Positions 62,328 to 64,000 of a DNA stretch of 64,000 nucleotides are shown here, piece after piece. The DNA lies in the NCBI RefSeq assembly GCF_963506605.1, contig NC_083279.1:35278001-35342000 (forward strand), written 5' to 3'. Position 1 is the stretch's first letter, and each line of letters starts with the position of its first letter. Below the pieces are notes generated by a model. It worked only from the letters and a program-made list of their open reading frames with translations. It was not told the origin of the DNA and made no database searches. Made by a program: the position numbers and the translations under genes. This stretch comes from Zootoca vivipara (taxonomy: Eukaryota).

Positions 62328-63571
62328 CCCTCACATTTATGTGGCCTAAGCCTCTGTGCTTTGGTACTTACTATATGTGAGGTGATTTGAATTTCAGGCA
62401 GTACAGTACTGAGCTGATGAGGCATGGGAGGCCTCGAGAGAAAATACACACCCACTATTTTTTTTGGCTTAAAAATGGAAATAGCATCTTTTTATTTTAT
62501 TTTAAGGAATTTGGTAGAGGGTTGCTTTTGTAAGGCATTCAAAGCCAACAGTCACAAACAAAACAGGTGGTTTGGAAGGCTTTTGAACTGAGTAGTGGTG
62601 GGGGAGGCGGGCGGTGTTAAGTAGAAACAATGGATTTTCCAATCCTGGGACTTTGTGCTGGAGAAGAATGTGGAGAATTTCAGCCAGTTCTTGTAAAGGA
62701 GCTTTTTTCCTGGAAGTTAGTGGCACTACTTGTGCAAAGTGTTTTAAAGAAGGTGTTGCAAGAGCTGAAATACCGTAGATAAAATATGTGGTAATAAAAG
62801 ATCTGGACTCCCCGCTGTTCCACTTGCTCATAATTTATAGTGAGGAAATTTTGTGACTGGAAGGGAACGAGAGTATTCTCCTCCTGTTTTGAGACTCTTG
62901 TTTTCACATTTTTAAGATTCATATTTGTCTTGATTTGTTTTTTTTTTAATGGTATGCCAAAAATCTAGAGAGTTTGCTGTCTCCACATGTCTTTCTTTCA
63001 CATTTTCCCATGTTTTATAGTTCAGGGTTAAAAATTTTCCTCCCTACTTGGTATTCCTCACTTTAAAAATGGCAAAATGATGTGTTCCAGACTTAAAGTA
63101 AAAAGCCTTCTTAACGTCACTTCTTAAAATGCTTTTCAACTTATTACATATGTTATTTTCTGAAGTCTTGCAAAAACCCTACCTCAGAAAGCTCAGGCCT
63201 TTGTGTCACATGCCCTCTAGTGGAAATTGTGTTCCCTGACACAGCTGATTTTAAATACAGCTGACAAAATAAATTACATGCTGTACTAGATAAAAGAAAT
63301 AAAATTGGGTTCAACTCTGTATTCACTGTGGCCTAAAAGCTGTATAGGGTTTCATGGCGGCCTTAAAAAAAAAAGATAGAGAGAAACTATGAACAATGGT
63401 TGGCTGAACAGTGACTCAGACCTTTATTCAGTTCTGTTGTTGCTGCACTATATAGCGCCTAAGTAATGTATCAGGAAAAAATACATAAACCAATTGGCAA
63501 TAATAAGTAGAGAGGGGGTAATTCTCCCCATGTGCATCAGTAGATGGGAGCTAATTCCTGTGCTCCTTGCA

Positions 63572-63614
<43 letters not shown>

Positions 63615-64000
63615 AATAATATATTATTTATACCCCACTCATCTGGCTGGGCTTCCCCTGCCACTCTGGGCGGCTTCCAACAAACATTAAAATATATGCA
63701 AATTACATACAGGCCCCGAGTTCTCAGCAGAACTGCTCATTTGTACAAATAATTATAATGTTGTTATTTACACTCCGCCTATATGGCCGGGTTGCCCCAG
63801 CCGCTCTGGGCAGTTTCCAACACATATAAAAACATTATAAAGCATCAAACATTAAAAATTCCCCTGATACAGGGCTGCCTTCAGATGTCTTCTAAAAGTT
63901 GTGTAGTTCTTTATCACCTTGACATCTGATGGGAGGGCGTTCCACAGGGAAGGGCGCCACTGCTGAGAAAGCCCTCTGCCTGGTTCCCTGTAACTTGGCT

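Overview
Squamate reptile genomic DNA (Sauria SINEs throughout; probably a lacertid lizard). The window holds the 5' part of SHROOM2 on the + strand: coding exon 1 (251-484), exon 2 (53684-53835, completing the PDZ domain), a ~53-kb intron 1 and the start of intron 2. Intron 1 contains three main things. (1) A very young, complete Tf1/sushi-type chromovirus (Ty3/Gypsy) LTR retrotransposon on the - strand (13448-19257). Its LTRs differ by one C, its TSD is CCAGG, and it sits inside the terminus of a hAT MITE. (2) A decayed Ngaro/DIRS-type tyrosine-recombinase retroelement (~22109-28611, - strand) with two SGNH-hydrolase modules and a long-range RNA stem. (3) Many SINEs, MITEs, LINE ends, Penelope fragments with hammerhead motifs, and microsatellites. 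The most notable observation is in the chromovirus integrase: it has a degenerate chromodomain followed by two tandem W-x-x-VF-(S/T/acidic linker)-FLGF motifs. These resemble the host LEDGF-IBD/TFIIS-N-domain-binding motif (IBM/TIM), suggesting a possible host-mimicry integration-targeting system. The same element shows an 11-nt self-priming PBS, a G-GGA-AAC -1 frameshift cassette, and an apparently protein-coding U3 that ends in an NLS-like cluster. All family assignments come from motif recognition without database searches.
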